From Planctomycetota bacterium (GTDB taxonomy: Bacteria; Planctomycetota; UBA8108; SXIK01): DNA of 64,000 nucleotides. This document shows, one piece after another, positions 27,418 to 37,561 of this stretch (within the stretch, counting starts at the first letter, position 1; each line of letters begins with the position of its first letter). The position numbers were made by a program, and so were the translations under genes. The stretch covers positions 5,824,001 to 5,888,000 of the forward strand of contig CBDCXR010000004.1 of NCBI GenBank assembly GCA_965223845.1. The letters run 5' to 3'. The notes under the pieces are model-generated. The model saw only the letters and a program-made list of their open reading frames with translations. It was not told the origin of the DNA and did not search any database.

Positions 27418-30108
27418 ATGAGAGTGCCATCCATGATTAGTCGAAGACACGCTGCGCTGGGCCTAGCTTCATGGTGTGCATTCGTGTTGATCTCCTCGCC
27501 CGTCCGCGCGGAATCCGTGTCGGTCTTCGCTCGCGAGCCCGCCTCGACGCACGGCTACCGCATTCCCGCGTTCGTGGTCACACGGAAGGGAACTCTGCTC
27601 GCTTTCTGCGAACGCCGAATCGGTCTTCACGATCACGCCGAGAACGACATCGTCCTCCGCCGGAGCACGGATGGCGGTAAGTCGTGGCATCCCATCCAAA
27701 TCATCGCTGACGATGGCGGTGATTCGCTGAACGATCCCTGCGCCGTGGTCCTCCAAACGGGGCGCGTTCTGCTTCGCTACAAGCGCTATCCGAAGGGAGT
27801 TCATCAGCGGAAGAGCGGCCACACCGTGATGGCCGAGCCCGGCTACGGTGGTCCGAAGAACGTCCGCGTTTACCTGACTCATTCAGACGACGACGGCGTG
27901 ACCTGGTCGCCGCGTCGAGAAGTGACTCGCGTCATGCGGCGAGAGTCGTCGATCTCCGTCGGAAGTCCCGGGAACGCGATCCAGCTTACGCGCGGACCGC
28001 ACCGCGACCGAATCGTGTTCGCGAACTACGAAGGGGTGCGACTCTCCGAAACCGAGCGGACGTTTCGAAACTCAGTGTCCTACAGCGACGATGGCGGCAC
28101 GACCTGGAAGCTGAGTGAACCCATCGACGACAGCCCGATCGCGCCGCGAACCGGAAACGAGGCGCAGGTCGTCGAGCTCGCCGACGGATCGATGCTGCTC
28201 AGCGCGCGCGTCACCGCCTCGGTCGGGCGGAAGCTCGTACGCAGCGCCGACGGGGGTGCGACCTGGAAGAACCTGCGGATCGATCTCTCGCTCGAGACGC
28301 CCGCGTGCATGTCGAGCGTTCTTCGCTACTCGTGGCCGGAGGGGGACCGGCCGGGGCTCTTGCTTCATTCTCTCCCCAACACGAAACGGAGTCGCTCGAA
28401 CGGGACGCTGTTCGCGAGTCGCGACGACGGGAAGAACTGGAAAAAGCTCCTTACGATCGAGCCCGACGGGTTCGCATACAGCTGTCTCGCGCGCCTGCCG
28501 AACGGGGACGTCGGCTGTCTTTACGAGACGGGAAGCGGAGCGGGATTTCGCATCGTCTTCAAGCGGATCGCTGCCGCTTCGGTCGGCGGGTCAGCGAGTT
28601 CCTCCAGTACGTCTTCCCCTCCAGAAGAAGAGGCTCGGCGAGATGCTCGATCGCGACGACCCAACATCCTCCTCATCACATCGGAGGATCACAGTCCGGA
28701 CATCGGTTGCTACGGCGACAAAGTCATCGCAACTCCACGTCTCGATCGACTCGCCGCCGAGGGCGTTCGGTTCTCCCGCGCCTACGTTCCCTACTCGGTT
28801 TGTAGCCCATCCCGAGCATCCCTGCTGACGGGACTCTACCCTCATCAAAACGGCCAGATCGGACTCGCGACCCACAAGATGGCGATGTTCCGAGCGTGGC
28901 CGAACATGGTGAGCCTTCTCCGAGGCGCGGGGTATCGAACGGGGATGATCGGAAAGCTGCACGTCAACCCGGCGTCGGCATTCCCTCTCGATTTCCATGA
29001 GTATGCGGGAAGCAATTTTCGCGATCGGCCGGTCCGGCGCTTTGCCGACCGCGCGGAAGCGTTCATGCGGGACGCGGCGGAGACTCCGTTCTTCCTGATG
29101 GTGAACTATCCCGACGCGCACATCCCGCTCTTGGATCGCCAGCACGGACTACCGGAGCGCCCGCTCCGCGCTGCCGAGGTCACGACACCCGCCTACATCG
29201 GAGTCGATACTCCTCGACTTCGAGTGGCCGTCGCGAAGTACTACAACTGCCTCCTCCGTCTGGACGCGGGCATCGGAATGCTGCTCGACGCACTCGCGCG
29301 AACGGGAAAGGAGAAACAAACCCTCGTCATCTGGCTTTCGGATCACGGTACGCCGTTCGCTCGCGGAAAGACGACGGTCTACGAGGCGGGCCTCCGCGTT
29401 CCGCTGATCGTGCGCTGGCCCGGTGTAGCGCGGCGAGGAGCGGTCGAAGATCGGTTTGCCTCTTCGCTCGACCTTCTTCCGACGATCATCGCTGCCGCCG
29501 GAATCGCTGCGCCTGCGTACGCGCTGCCGGGGAGGTCCCTTCTCCCCCTCCTTCGCGGTGATTCCGTCAGCGACTGGCGTCGCTACGTCGTCGGCGTCCA
29601 CGAGGGCTCGTGGTCGCAGACGTATTTGCCGCAGCGCTCGATACGCGACGAACAGTACAAGCTCATCGTGAATCTACTCCCGGATAGGGAGAACCAGCTG
29701 TGCACCTGGTACTACATGAAGGAACACCGCACCCGCTGCCCCACGCCGGAGGAGCTCGCGTCCGCCTCCGAAAACGTGCGGGACGGCTACGCGACCTGGG
29801 CCGAGCATCCCCCGTTCGAGCTGTACGATCTCGAGAAGGATCCACACGAGTTCACGAATCTGGCGAATCGTGAACCGTTCGCCGGCGTGAAAGCGCGGCT
29901 GATGGACGCCTACCGGGAATGGCAGAAGCGAACCGGGGATCCGTTCTCCGACCCGGAGCTTCTCGCGCGGCTCACGCGAGAATTCGACGATCTCGTCGAT
30001 CAGTACGGCGGCACTACGTCCTACCGAAAGGACCCGGCGTTTCGGTGGGATTACCTCGACTACCTCGCGCCGTCGCCGGAGAACTGGCGGAGCGAACGCG
30101 GCCGGTGA
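27418..30108 (+). CDS. Secreted sialidase (BNR/Asp-box) - sulfatase fusion
   Basis: YRIP motif and five Asp boxes (STDGGKSW, SDDDGVTW, SDDGGTTW, SADGGATW, SRDDGKNW), Ser-rich linker, then PNILLI...CSPSRASLLTG, GKLH, SDHG, ELYDL. Start uncertain. Confidence 0.9.
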   Translation: MRVPSMISRRHAALGLASWCAFVLISSPVRAESVSVFAREPASTHGYRIPAFVVTRKGTLLAFCERRIGLHDHAENDIVLRRSTDGGKSWHPIQIIADDGGDSLNDPCAVVLQTGRVLLRYKRYPKGVHQRKSGHTVMAEPGYGGPKNVRVYLTHSDDDGVTWSPRREVTRVMRRESSISVGSPGNAIQLTRGPHRDRIVFANYEGVRLSETERTFRNSVSYSDDGGTTWKLSEPIDDSPIAPRTGNEAQVVELADGSMLLSARVTASVGRKLVRSADGGATWKNLRIDLSLETPACMSSVLRYSWPEGDRPGLLLHSLPNTKRSRSNGTLFASRDDGKNWKKLLTIEPDGFAYSCLARLPNGDVGCLYETGSGAGFRIVFKRIAAASVGGSASSSSTSSPPEEEARRDARSRRPNILLITSEDHSPDIGCYGDKVIATPRLDRLAAEGVRFSRAYVPYSVCSPSRASLLTGLYPHQNGQIGLATHKMAMFRAWPNMVSLLRGAGYRTGMIGKLHVNPASAFPLDFHEYAGSNFRDRPVRRFADRAEAFMRDAAETPFFLMVNYPDAHIPLLDRQHGLPERPLRAAEVTTPAYIGVDTPRLRVAVAKYYNCLLRLDAGIGMLLDALARTGKEKQTLVIWLSDHGTPFARGKTTVYEAGLRVPLIVRWPGVARRGAVEDRFASSLDLLPTIIAAAGIAAPAYALPGRSLLPLLRGDSVSDWRRYVVGVHEGSWSQTYLPQRSIRDEQYKLIVNLLPDRENQLCTWYYMKEHRTRCPTPEELASASENVRDGYATWAEHPPFELYDLEKDPHEFTNLANREPFAGVKARLMDAYREWQKRTGDPFSDPELLARLTREFDDLVDQYGGTTSYRKDPAFRWDYLDYLAPSPENWRSERGR

Positions 30109-30124
30109 GCCTCCCCTCGAAGCA

Positions 30125-31363
30125 TCAGTTCTCCCCCGAGATCCTCCACAGATGCTCGTCGCTCCGCACGAACATCGCGTCTCCCGCGATCGCCGGTGTG
30201 CAGAGAATCGTTTCACCGAAGTCGCTCGTCGCGACGATCTCGCCGCTCTCGCCTCCGAGGGCGACCACCTGCGCGAGTCCCTTCTCGTTGATCGCATAGA
30301 GATGGTTCCCGGCGATGACCGGCGTCGCGCTGAACGGGCCCTCGAGGCGGAGACGCCACTCGATGTCACCCGATTCGAGCGAGGCTGAATGGAGGATCGA
30401 GCCCGCGAGCGCGTAGACGCTGCCGCCTCGCACCGCTGCGCTCGCCGTGCCGAGTCGGAGTCGCCTCTCCTGCCAAAGGACTTCGGGCTCGAGGGTCGCT
30501 TGATCGAGACGGATCGCAGTGATGCCGTTCGAAGGGAGGAGGATCGTCTCGCCGGCGCGCGTCGCGGACGGGATGGCTCCCGCGCCGCCCGGAAACTCCC
30601 ACAATGTGTCACCGGTGAGCGGATCGTGTCCCGTCGTGATCGGAATCGATTGAAGAAGAACCATCGACGCCGCGTTCACTCGAGGAATGACGATCGGCGA
30701 CGTCCAGTTCACTCGCGCGGGGCGATCGATCTTCCATCGGTTCACTCCCGTTTTGATGTCGATTCCGGCGGCGAAGGACTCGCTGTCGTTCTCGACCTGA
30801 ACGATGACCGTTCCCGCGACGATGATCGGCGACGACGACATACCGACCGAGTTGCTAGCCGCGGGATAGTCGTGCGTGAGGCCGCGGACCCATTCGACGT
30901 TGCCGTCGAGGTCGAGACAAACGAGATCGTTCGACGAGTAGAACGCGACGACGCGCTCGCCGTCGCTCGCCGGCGTGGGAGTCGCCATGCACATCTTCGG
31001 ATGGCACTGCGTGAGTCCGGTCGCCCAGAATCGTCGCTCCCAGTGCTTCGTTCCGCTCACCCGATCGAAGGAGAGGACGTGAAGGTTGTTGTCTTCCGCG
31101 CCGCTGCTCGCCGTCAAGATCACGCGATCGCCGACGATGATCGGTGAGGAGAGGCCGCGTCCCGGCAGACCGACCGACCACGCGATCTTCTCGCGCCGCT
31201 CGACGTCCCACGAGGTCGGAATCGATGCCGTCGCCGCGACCGCGCTCGAGTCGCTGCCGCGAAACTGACGCCAGTCTTCGCCGGCGCTGAGGAAACCGCA
31301 GACGAAAAGCGCGATGGGACCGGCGCAGCGGCCGAGCGAGCGTCGGTTTTTCGGGCGCATCAT
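30125..31363 (-). CDS. PQQ-binding-like beta-propeller protein (BamB-like, planctomycete type)
   Basis: Signal peptide, DWRQFRG, GLSSPII, TPTPASDG, ATPVIAG, CTPAIAG. Confidence 0.88.
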   Translation of the reverse strand: MMRPKNRRSLGRCAGPIALFVCGFLSAGEDWRQFRGSDSSAVAATASIPTSWDVERREKIAWSVGLPGRGLSSPIIVGDRVILTASSGAEDNNLHVLSFDRVSGTKHWERRFWATGLTQCHPKMCMATPTPASDGERVVAFYSSNDLVCLDLDGNVEWVRGLTHDYPAASNSVGMSSSPIIVAGTVIVQVENDSESFAAGIDIKTGVNRWKIDRPARVNWTSPIVIPRVNAASMVLLQSIPITTGHDPLTGDTLWEFPGGAGAIPSATRAGETILLPSNGITAIRLDQATLEPEVLWQERRLRLGTASAAVRGGSVYALAGSILHSASLESGDIEWRLRLEGPFSATPVIAGNHLYAINEKGLAQVVALGGESGEIVATSDFGETILCTPAIAGDAMFVRSDEHLWRISGEN

Positions 31364-32589
31364 TCTTTCTTCTCCTTGGCTTCGTTGCGCGGCCGCTCGG
31401 GACGCGTCGCCGAGAGGATCGCCGATCCCTTGGCGTCACACACGCGCAGTTGAAACTGCCACGGATCCGCCCAGTCTTCGGTCTGCTCGTTCTGACAAGA
31501 TTTGATCAGGATCGTGTTACCGCCCGCTCGCAATCGTCCCTTGCCGCGGTAGTGGTCGATACGCGTTCCGTGGTGATATTCGTCGCGCGCGAAGATCAGC
31601 TCTCCGTTCAGCCACAGCTTGAACGCGTTCTCCGTTCCGATGCGGATCTCGGCTTCGCGCGCCCGCGCGCTCGTAAACTCGGTCGCAGCGTAGGCGGCGA
31701 CGCCTTTTTCGTGCGCGATCTCGCGATTGAGGTCGACGATGCCGTACTCGTCCGTCGTGACGTGCTTCTTCCATTGGACCGGACCGTGTTTCCCATCGTA
31801 CTTCGACTCGAAGTGGACGGGGCGCAGCGGAACGATCGTCTCGGGCGCGTATTCCGCGGCGTATCCGCGCTGGACGCCCGCCTCGTTCTTCGTGCTGTCG
31901 AACGGCCCGACGAGATGCCAATCGAGGATGAAGCCGAAGTGCCGGGCGACATCGACCTCGCGCCCGAGCTTTCGGAGTCGCTTCGTGATCTCCCGTACCT
32001 GTTTCGGGTCGAGCGCGGCGAGGAGCGCAGCCTCGTAGCGCGCCGTGGTTTCCTCCTTCGCGCGGGTCGCTTCGCCCTCTTCGATCTCGTGGAGGAGCCG
32101 AGCGACCGCGTCGCGGCGGAACGCGGGTGCGGGGTCGTCGAGCATCCCCGGGATCAATCGCTCGACGGCGGACGGATCGACGGCGGTGAGCCAATCGTAG
32201 GCGAGCCGCCGCGCACTCGCGTCGCGTCCGGTGTCGCGAACGAAGGCGTCGAGCGCGTCGACGGGGAGTTTTCCCCGCGCGGCGAGTGTGCGTTCCGCGA
32301 TCGCATCGACCGCACTCCGAAGCCAGTTCGCGCCGATCGGAGCCTCGGCGTCGATCGCGCCGAGGATGGCCGGGATCGAATCCGCCTTGCTCTTCTCGAC
32401 GAGCTCTCGCCACGCCGATCGCGCGTCGTCCGCCCCGGCGCCCTCGCGTCCGGCGCGTGCGATGCGCCCGGCGAGCGCCGTGACTCCGTCGTTCTCGGGT
32501 GCGGCGTCGACCGAACCGCTTCCCGCCGCGATGAGGAAAGAAAGCAAAGCGCACTTCGCCGAGTGCAGCAGAATCGTTCTGAGTGTCAC
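31360..32589 (-). CDS. Secreted hypothetical protein (helical N-domain, beta-sandwich C-domain)
   Basis: Signal peptide after GTG 32589; NWLRSAVDAI, HFGFILDWHLVGPF, KLWLNG, LIKSCQNEQTEDWA. Overlaps the downstream gene. Confidence 0.7.
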   Translation of the reverse strand: MTLRTILLHSAKCALLSFLIAAGSGSVDAAPENDGVTALAGRIARAGREGAGADDARSAWRELVEKSKADSIPAILGAIDAEAPIGANWLRSAVDAIAERTLAARGKLPVDALDAFVRDTGRDASARRLAYDWLTAVDPSAVERLIPGMLDDPAPAFRRDAVARLLHEIEEGEATRAKEETTARYEAALLAALDPKQVREITKRLRKLGREVDVARHFGFILDWHLVGPFDSTKNEAGVQRGYAAEYAPETIVPLRPVHFESKYDGKHGPVQWKKHVTTDEYGIVDLNREIAHEKGVAAYAATEFTSARAREAEIRIGTENAFKLWLNGELIFARDEYHHGTRIDHYRGKGRLRAGGNTILIKSCQNEQTEDWADPWQFQLRVCDAKGSAILSATRPERPRNEAKEKKE

Positions 32590-32927
32590 TGAGGTTCCCT
32601 TTCGACTGCGCCGCTTGGAGCAGGCCGCGCGACCGAAGTCGCGAAGCATCGACCACGGAATCGTTCTGCACAGTGTCGTCGGGTCTCGAACGGCTGTCAT
32701 GAAAAAAGGCACGCTCGGCGCTGCGATCCTCCCGTCGCCGCGGAGCCGGGTGAGTCCGCGCGGGGTAACCGCCGCGTCGAAATCGCCGACGCGGAGTCCT
32801 CGCGTCCTTCGGGATATGTTTCCCGAGGTTTCCGTGGTTCGCGCGGCGCGCCCGCCCGAGGATAGTCTTCAGACCGCCGCGACGGTGCGACGGGAGTCGA
32901 TCGAATGGAATCAGGGCGTACGCTCTC

Positions 32928-33566
32928 GTGGAATCGACCGAGCTGTTTAGAGAAGACAAGGTGAAGGCGCTTCTCGGGGGGAGTCCCGCCGATGCGACGC
33001 GAGGACTCGAGCAGATCGCGGTTCACCTCCGATTCGGAATCTGCGGCTGGATTCGGCGGCAGTTCCCCGGGATGTCGCCCGAAGATCTCGCCGATACGTG
33101 GCAGGAGACGCTCGTCTCCGTGCTTCGCGCGGTCCGCGAGAAGCAATTCGATCGATCGCGCGAGCTCGCACCGTGGGTCGCGACTCTCGCCTATCGGCGC
33201 GCGGTCGATCTCCTCCGGCGGCGAACCACCGACGGCGAGGCCCTCGATGCGGTGAGGGCGGCGCTCGAAGAAACTCCGCTGGGAGATTGGCGGCGCGAGC
33301 TCGGCCGGATGCAGAGCGCGGAGGTCTTCGAGCTCGTTCGGCGCGAGATCGTCGCGCTTCCCGAGCGCCAGCGCGTCGTCCTTCAAGTCTTCAGCGATCA
33401 TTACCCCGAGACGGCGAGCATGGAACGGCTCCGCGTTCTCGTCGCGGAAACCTCCGGCGAGACGGTGAGCCTCGCCGCCGTCAAGCGCGCCCTTCAAGAG
33501 GGGCGGCGCAAGCTCCGGACGGTCCTCGGCCGCCACGGATTCTCCAACACGAGGAACGAATCATGA
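32928..33566 (+). CDS. ECF-type sigma-70 factor
   Basis: DLADTWQETL (region 2), WVATLAYRRAVDLLRR, LPERQRVVL, VKRALQEGRRKLR (region 4). Confidence 0.75.
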   Translation: MESTELFREDKVKALLGGSPADATRGLEQIAVHLRFGICGWIRRQFPGMSPEDLADTWQETLVSVLRAVREKQFDRSRELAPWVATLAYRRAVDLLRRRTTDGEALDAVRAALEETPLGDWRRELGRMQSAEVFELVRREIVALPERQRVVLQVFSDHYPETASMERLRVLVAETSGETVSLAAVKRALQEGRRKLRTVLGRHGFSNTRNES

Positions 33567-33976
33567 ACCCGCCCCGCAAACCACATCGTGGGGACGAATC
33601 GAAGGGAGCCGAGCGCGGCGAAGATCGTTCGCGCGACGAACTCGCTCTCGATGCTCTACTCGCGGAATCGCTGCGATCTCCGCCGCGGGCTCCAAGCTTG
33701 AAGGATCTGCGGCAATCGGAGAGCGATCTCGGCGAAAGTGATCGCGCGGCGCTCGAGGCGCGGGAGACGCGGGCGAAAGGGTCTCCGCGCTTCTCCGACA
33801 GCTCGCGTGGGATCGGACCTCTTCGCGATACGGTCGCGCTCGACGCGGTCGGTCGTCGTAACGGGGCAGCGACGGGACGTATCGAAGGGCAGACGGGGGA
33901 AAGCGTGCGCTGGGCGCGAACGAGTTCGCGCGAGCGCGGATCGGGAAATTTACACCTCTCTCGGGAGACGAGAACG

Positions 33977-34936
33977 ATGCAGAAGCTCCTCATTTCGAGT
34001 CTGGCCGCCGTCGCCGCCGTGGCCGTGATCGCGCTGGGAATCTTGGGTCCGTGGAACCAGACGCCGCAGACTGCGAGTATCGATGAGGACGCTCGCTTGG
34101 AAGTCGAACGACTCCGCAGCGAATTGGTCACACTTCAGGGACAGATCGATCAGCTTTCCCAGTCGTTCGAGTTCGCGATGATCGAGCGGGCGGACGAGGG
34201 AGATGACGGCGAAGACGGCGCCGCCGCCGCGTCTGAGGAGGGCGGCGGGGCGAAGAGCGCGCTCGCGGCGGCGGAAGAGCTGCGCCGGACGAGTGGCGAC
34301 GAGGGTCTACGCGCGTACGTCGCGCAGGTCATCGAGGATGATCGACGCGAGCGAGCGGAGAAGCGGCAGCAGGCGATCGCGCAGCACCAGGCGGAGATCG
34401 AGGCGCTTCACCAGGGACCCTACGGCGACCAGAACTTCCGAGTGAACTCCATGGCGAAGAAACTCGGGCTGAGTGATCGGCAAAAGCAGCACTACTACGA
34501 CCTCGTCGTCGACTACAACGCGCAGATCAAGACGGCGCGCCAAGAGGAGGCGAAGGACCGTGCGAACCGCCAGGTCTACCGCGACCGCCGGAAGGTGATC
34601 CGAAAGGAGTTCGCGACCGTCTTCGCCCAGGCGCTCGATCCGGAGCAAACCGAGGTCTTCAACGCCCTCAATGAATGGGAAACGCGACCGGACGGAAGCG
34701 TCGTGAATGCGGTCACCTTTCACGACACTTGGGGTGGAAATCAGGGGGCGGCGGCCCTCACCCCGTCGGTCCGGTATTACAACTACATTCACACCACGAC
34801 CGACGACGGCACGGCGGCGACCGGGACGGTGGAAGCATTCGCGAAGCCAATCGTGGAGAAGCTCGAGCGGGCGACCGTCGAGCTCCAGGTGGAGCACGAG
34901 AGGGCGGCTTCGTCGGCGGGGGCGAGCGACAAGTAG
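33977..34936 (+). CDS. Hypothetical exported coiled-coil protein; open frame extends upstream to ATG 33563
   Basis: GGGAGA SD-like motif before ATG 33977, hydrophobic N-terminus, coiled-coil segments, LGLSDRQKQ/LDPEQ (LTxxQ-like) motifs. Confidence 0.65.
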   Translation: MQKLLISSLAAVAAVAVIALGILGPWNQTPQTASIDEDARLEVERLRSELVTLQGQIDQLSQSFEFAMIERADEGDDGEDGAAAASEEGGGAKSALAAAEELRRTSGDEGLRAYVAQVIEDDRRERAEKRQQAIAQHQAEIEALHQGPYGDQNFRVNSMAKKLGLSDRQKQHYYDLVVDYNAQIKTARQEEAKDRANRQVYRDRRKVIRKEFATVFAQALDPEQTEVFNALNEWETRPDGSVVNAVTFHDTWGGNQGAAALTPSVRYYNYIHTTTDDGTAATGTVEAFAKPIVEKLERATVELQVEHERAASSAGASDK

Positions 34937-34982
34937 AACTTGTCGAGTGTCCTCGAGCTTCTCGTCGGTTGACGAGAATCGG

Positions 34983-35138
34983 TCACCACGAAGGGCACGA
35001 AGGACACGAAGAGAGGCGATAGGAACGGAGAACGAGAGAGAGACTGTTTGCCGCGAATCGCCTTCGCGGGGCCACACACCCTCTCTCACTCTCTCCTATC
35101 AACTCTTCCCTTCGTGTCCTCCGTGCCCTTCGTGGTGA
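34983..35138. repeat. 156-bp palindromic element (REPIN/MITE-like; possible bidirectional terminator)
   Basis: 29-bp terminal IR with one mismatch (34983-35011 TCACCACGAAGGGCACGAAGGACACGAAG; 35110-35138), inner GATAGGA/TCCTATC pairing and apical CCGCGAA/TTCGCGG hairpin. Lies between convergent genes. Confidence 0.85.
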
Positions 35139-35163
35139 TTGACTCTTTCAGCCACCCGCAGCG

Positions 35164-36645
35164 CTAAGGATCCCCGCCCTCACCGAGCTCCCCCATCCGA
35201 GCGATCACGGCCCGAGTCCGCGGCCCGCGCTCGACCAACCACCGGGTTCGCCAATCCATCTCCCGCCGGAACCCTCCCACCCGTCCCCGGCGAACTTTGA
35301 GCGCGTTCAGATCGCCATTCCAGTTCGGCGTCCCGAGGCGATGGAAGAGCTCACCGGTTTTCTGCTCGCGACAGAGCGCGATCTCGACCTCGCGCATAGT
35401 GTCGAAGCCCGAGGCCTTCGTCGCGGTGTCGAGACTGTGATCGTCGGGCGCGGTGCCGTCGACGAAGCGAAGGAACCGACGAAACTCGGCGGGTGGATCG
35501 CGCTGGAGGTCCTCGTACGCGAGGACCAATCGCGACTCGGGACTCGCGGCGGCGAAGTCGAGGAGCTCGAGCACGAACGCCGAGACGCGCTCGACGCCGT
35601 AGATGTCCGACCCGGCGAAGTTCCGGAGCGAGCCCACGGCGACCCCTTCCCGCGCGCGCTTTTGGTGATAGTAGGACGTCACAACGTCGCGTGGATCGCG
35701 CGTGAGGATCACGCAGCGCTTCCGGGCGAGATCCTCGGCGAAGAGGAGCCTTGGCTCACCTCGGCAATCCTGGAAGAGATCGAAGTAGTTGTGCGTGAAC
35801 AGGACGCCCGGGCTCCGTTCAGCGGGCGGAAAATCGAGCGAGAGCGGTCTCCCGTCGCGGTGAAACCGATACTGTGCGAGAAAGTACCGAAGCCACGTTC
35901 GGCCCGACTTCGGCACGGAAAGCACCACCACGTCGGCGTCGCGCGTCCTTCGCTCGAGCCGTTCTCGCTTCGCCTTGAGGTCGTGCGGGCGCCACTCGAG
36001 CCATTCGTTCGAACGGACGTTCTCGTCGATCGTCGAGTAGGCTAGCCCTCGTTTCGCGGCGACGAAATGGAAGCTGAGCTGATCGCGGCGACTGAAGCGC
36101 GCGATCTCGCTCCACCAATCCTCCATCGCTTCCATGACACGCGGATCTCGGTGACGCCGGAGGATCACCATGCACGCGGGAATCGGGGTGTCGCCGGAAT
36201 ACCCCGCGGCGCGATAGGTCTCGATCTGTCGCGCGATGGTTTCGGGATCGTCTTTCCCGGCGCGGATGCACGCTTCCGCTTCGGCCCGGATCCCGGCGCG
36301 GTCTTCGGGATGCCGGAAGAGGGAGAGATTCTCCTCGGCGAGCCCGCGCTGGAGGAGAGCGCGAAGGTCACCGCGGTGGTCGAGATTCGCGTCGACCCAC
36401 ACGCTCGTGTCGTACTCGGGAAAGTACCGGTGCGGGAGAATCTTCGGCTTCTTCGCCGTGCGCACCGGATCGCTGAAGTGCTCGTCGAACCGGCGCAGCT
36501 TCCAGACCCGCGAGCGAAGCGACGGATTGTCGGTGAAGCAGACGTAATCGAAGTCGTCAACGGGCTGCGGAGGATCGCGGAGCTCGTCGTAGTTCCCGCA
36601 GATGGCCGTGTAGACCACGACTCGCTCTTTCGTCGAGACCATCAC
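35164..36645 (-). CDS. DUF616 (TOD1/MUCI70-like) glycosyltransferase fused to a PAPS-dependent sulfotransferase
   Basis: VVYTAICGNYD, YVCFTD, KILPHRYFPEY..SVWVDAN, SRRDQLSF; then SVPKSGRTWLR (5'-PSB), RDPRDVVTSYY (3'-PB), YEDL, KVRRGRVGG. Confidence 0.85.
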   Translation of the reverse strand: MMVSTKERVVVYTAICGNYDELRDPPQPVDDFDYVCFTDNPSLRSRVWKLRRFDEHFSDPVRTAKKPKILPHRYFPEYDTSVWVDANLDHRGDLRALLQRGLAEENLSLFRHPEDRAGIRAEAEACIRAGKDDPETIARQIETYRAAGYSGDTPIPACMVILRRHRDPRVMEAMEDWWSEIARFSRRDQLSFHFVAAKRGLAYSTIDENVRSNEWLEWRPHDLKAKRERLERRTRDADVVVLSVPKSGRTWLRYFLAQYRFHRDGRPLSLDFPPAERSPGVLFTHNYFDLFQDCRGEPRLLFAEDLARKRCVILTRDPRDVVTSYYHQKRAREGVAVGSLRNFAGSDIYGVERVSAFVLELLDFAAASPESRLVLAYEDLQRDPPAEFRRFLRFVDGTAPDDHSLDTATKASGFDTMREVEIALCREQKTGELFHRLGTPNWNGDLNALKVRRGRVGGFRREMDWRTRWLVERGPRTRAVIARMGELGEGGDP

Positions 36646-37532
36646 CCGTCCTCGTCCGCGTGGGGCGGCGGCTCGGCGCGCGCCCCGTCGAGTCGCCGAC
36701 GGAGGACCGTCGTGATGTGGACGCGCTCAGAAATGTCGAACTCGCCGCTTTCGACGAGCTGCGCGATCACGTGCACCGGACCGAGCTCCGGGCGCTTCGA
36801 GTCGTGAAACGCCACCTCACCGCCGGGAACGAGGTGCGGAAGCCAGCACGCGATGTCGCTCTCGACGGCTTCGAGTCGATGATCGCCGTCGATCCAGAGA
36901 AGTCCGACGGGGAGAGTCCAGCCGCGCGCGAGCACGCTCGAGGACAAATTGACGAGCCGCACCGACTCCGCGGTCCCGAGCGCGAGCATCGTGCGGAAGA
37001 ACGCGGCGCGATCGGCGGGACCGAAGCGCCCACCGTTCGCGCCGCGGAACTCTTCGTGCGGTTCGATCGCGTAGACGGGAAGATTCGCACCTGCGCGGGT
37101 TCCGAGCGCGAGCGCCGCCGTCGATTGCCCGCGGTAGCTGCCGATCTCGACAATTACGCCCGAGCTCGCCCGCGCGGCGAGGTCGTAGAGGAGCGCGCAT
37201 TCGGAGTCGTGGATCTTTCCTTCGAGCGAGCGCACGGCTGCGAGCGCTTCCTCTCGCGTCGCCGTGTTCGCGTCGAGCGGGCGATCCACCGAGAACGGCG
37301 GGAGCGCGGCGAGTCGATCGCGCAACCGCCCGCGGATGCGCTCTTGAAGCACCTCCGGGGCGGGGTCGAGCGGCTTCGCGCGCCAGCGCCGGGAGAGCTC
37401 GCCGAGCGCGTTCCCCGTTTTCCAGCGTCTCGTCTCGAGGACCGTCGACAGAAGGCGGTCGAGCTCCTCGTAGATCTCGAGCGGGCAGCTTTCGCCTCCG
37501 CCTTTGCACGAGCTTCGGTCCGGGTCTTTCAC
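36642..37532 (-). CDS. Class I SAM-dependent methyltransferase (Methyltransf_24-like)
   Basis: IVEIGSYRGQST, LLWIDGDH, LVPGGEVAFHD. Overlaps the downstream start. Confidence 0.85.
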   Translation of the reverse strand: MKDPDRSSCKGGGESCPLEIYEELDRLLSTVLETRRWKTGNALGELSRRWRAKPLDPAPEVLQERIRGRLRDRLAALPPFSVDRPLDANTATREEALAAVRSLEGKIHDSECALLYDLAARASSGVIVEIGSYRGQSTAALALGTRAGANLPVYAIEPHEEFRGANGGRFGPADRAAFFRTMLALGTAESVRLVNLSSSVLARGWTLPVGLLWIDGDHRLEAVESDIACWLPHLVPGGEVAFHDSKRPELGPVHVIAQLVESGEFDISERVHITTVLRRRLDGARAEPPPHADEDG

Positions 37533-37561
37533 ACCTCGAACTCTTACGCCTCAGTTCATCT

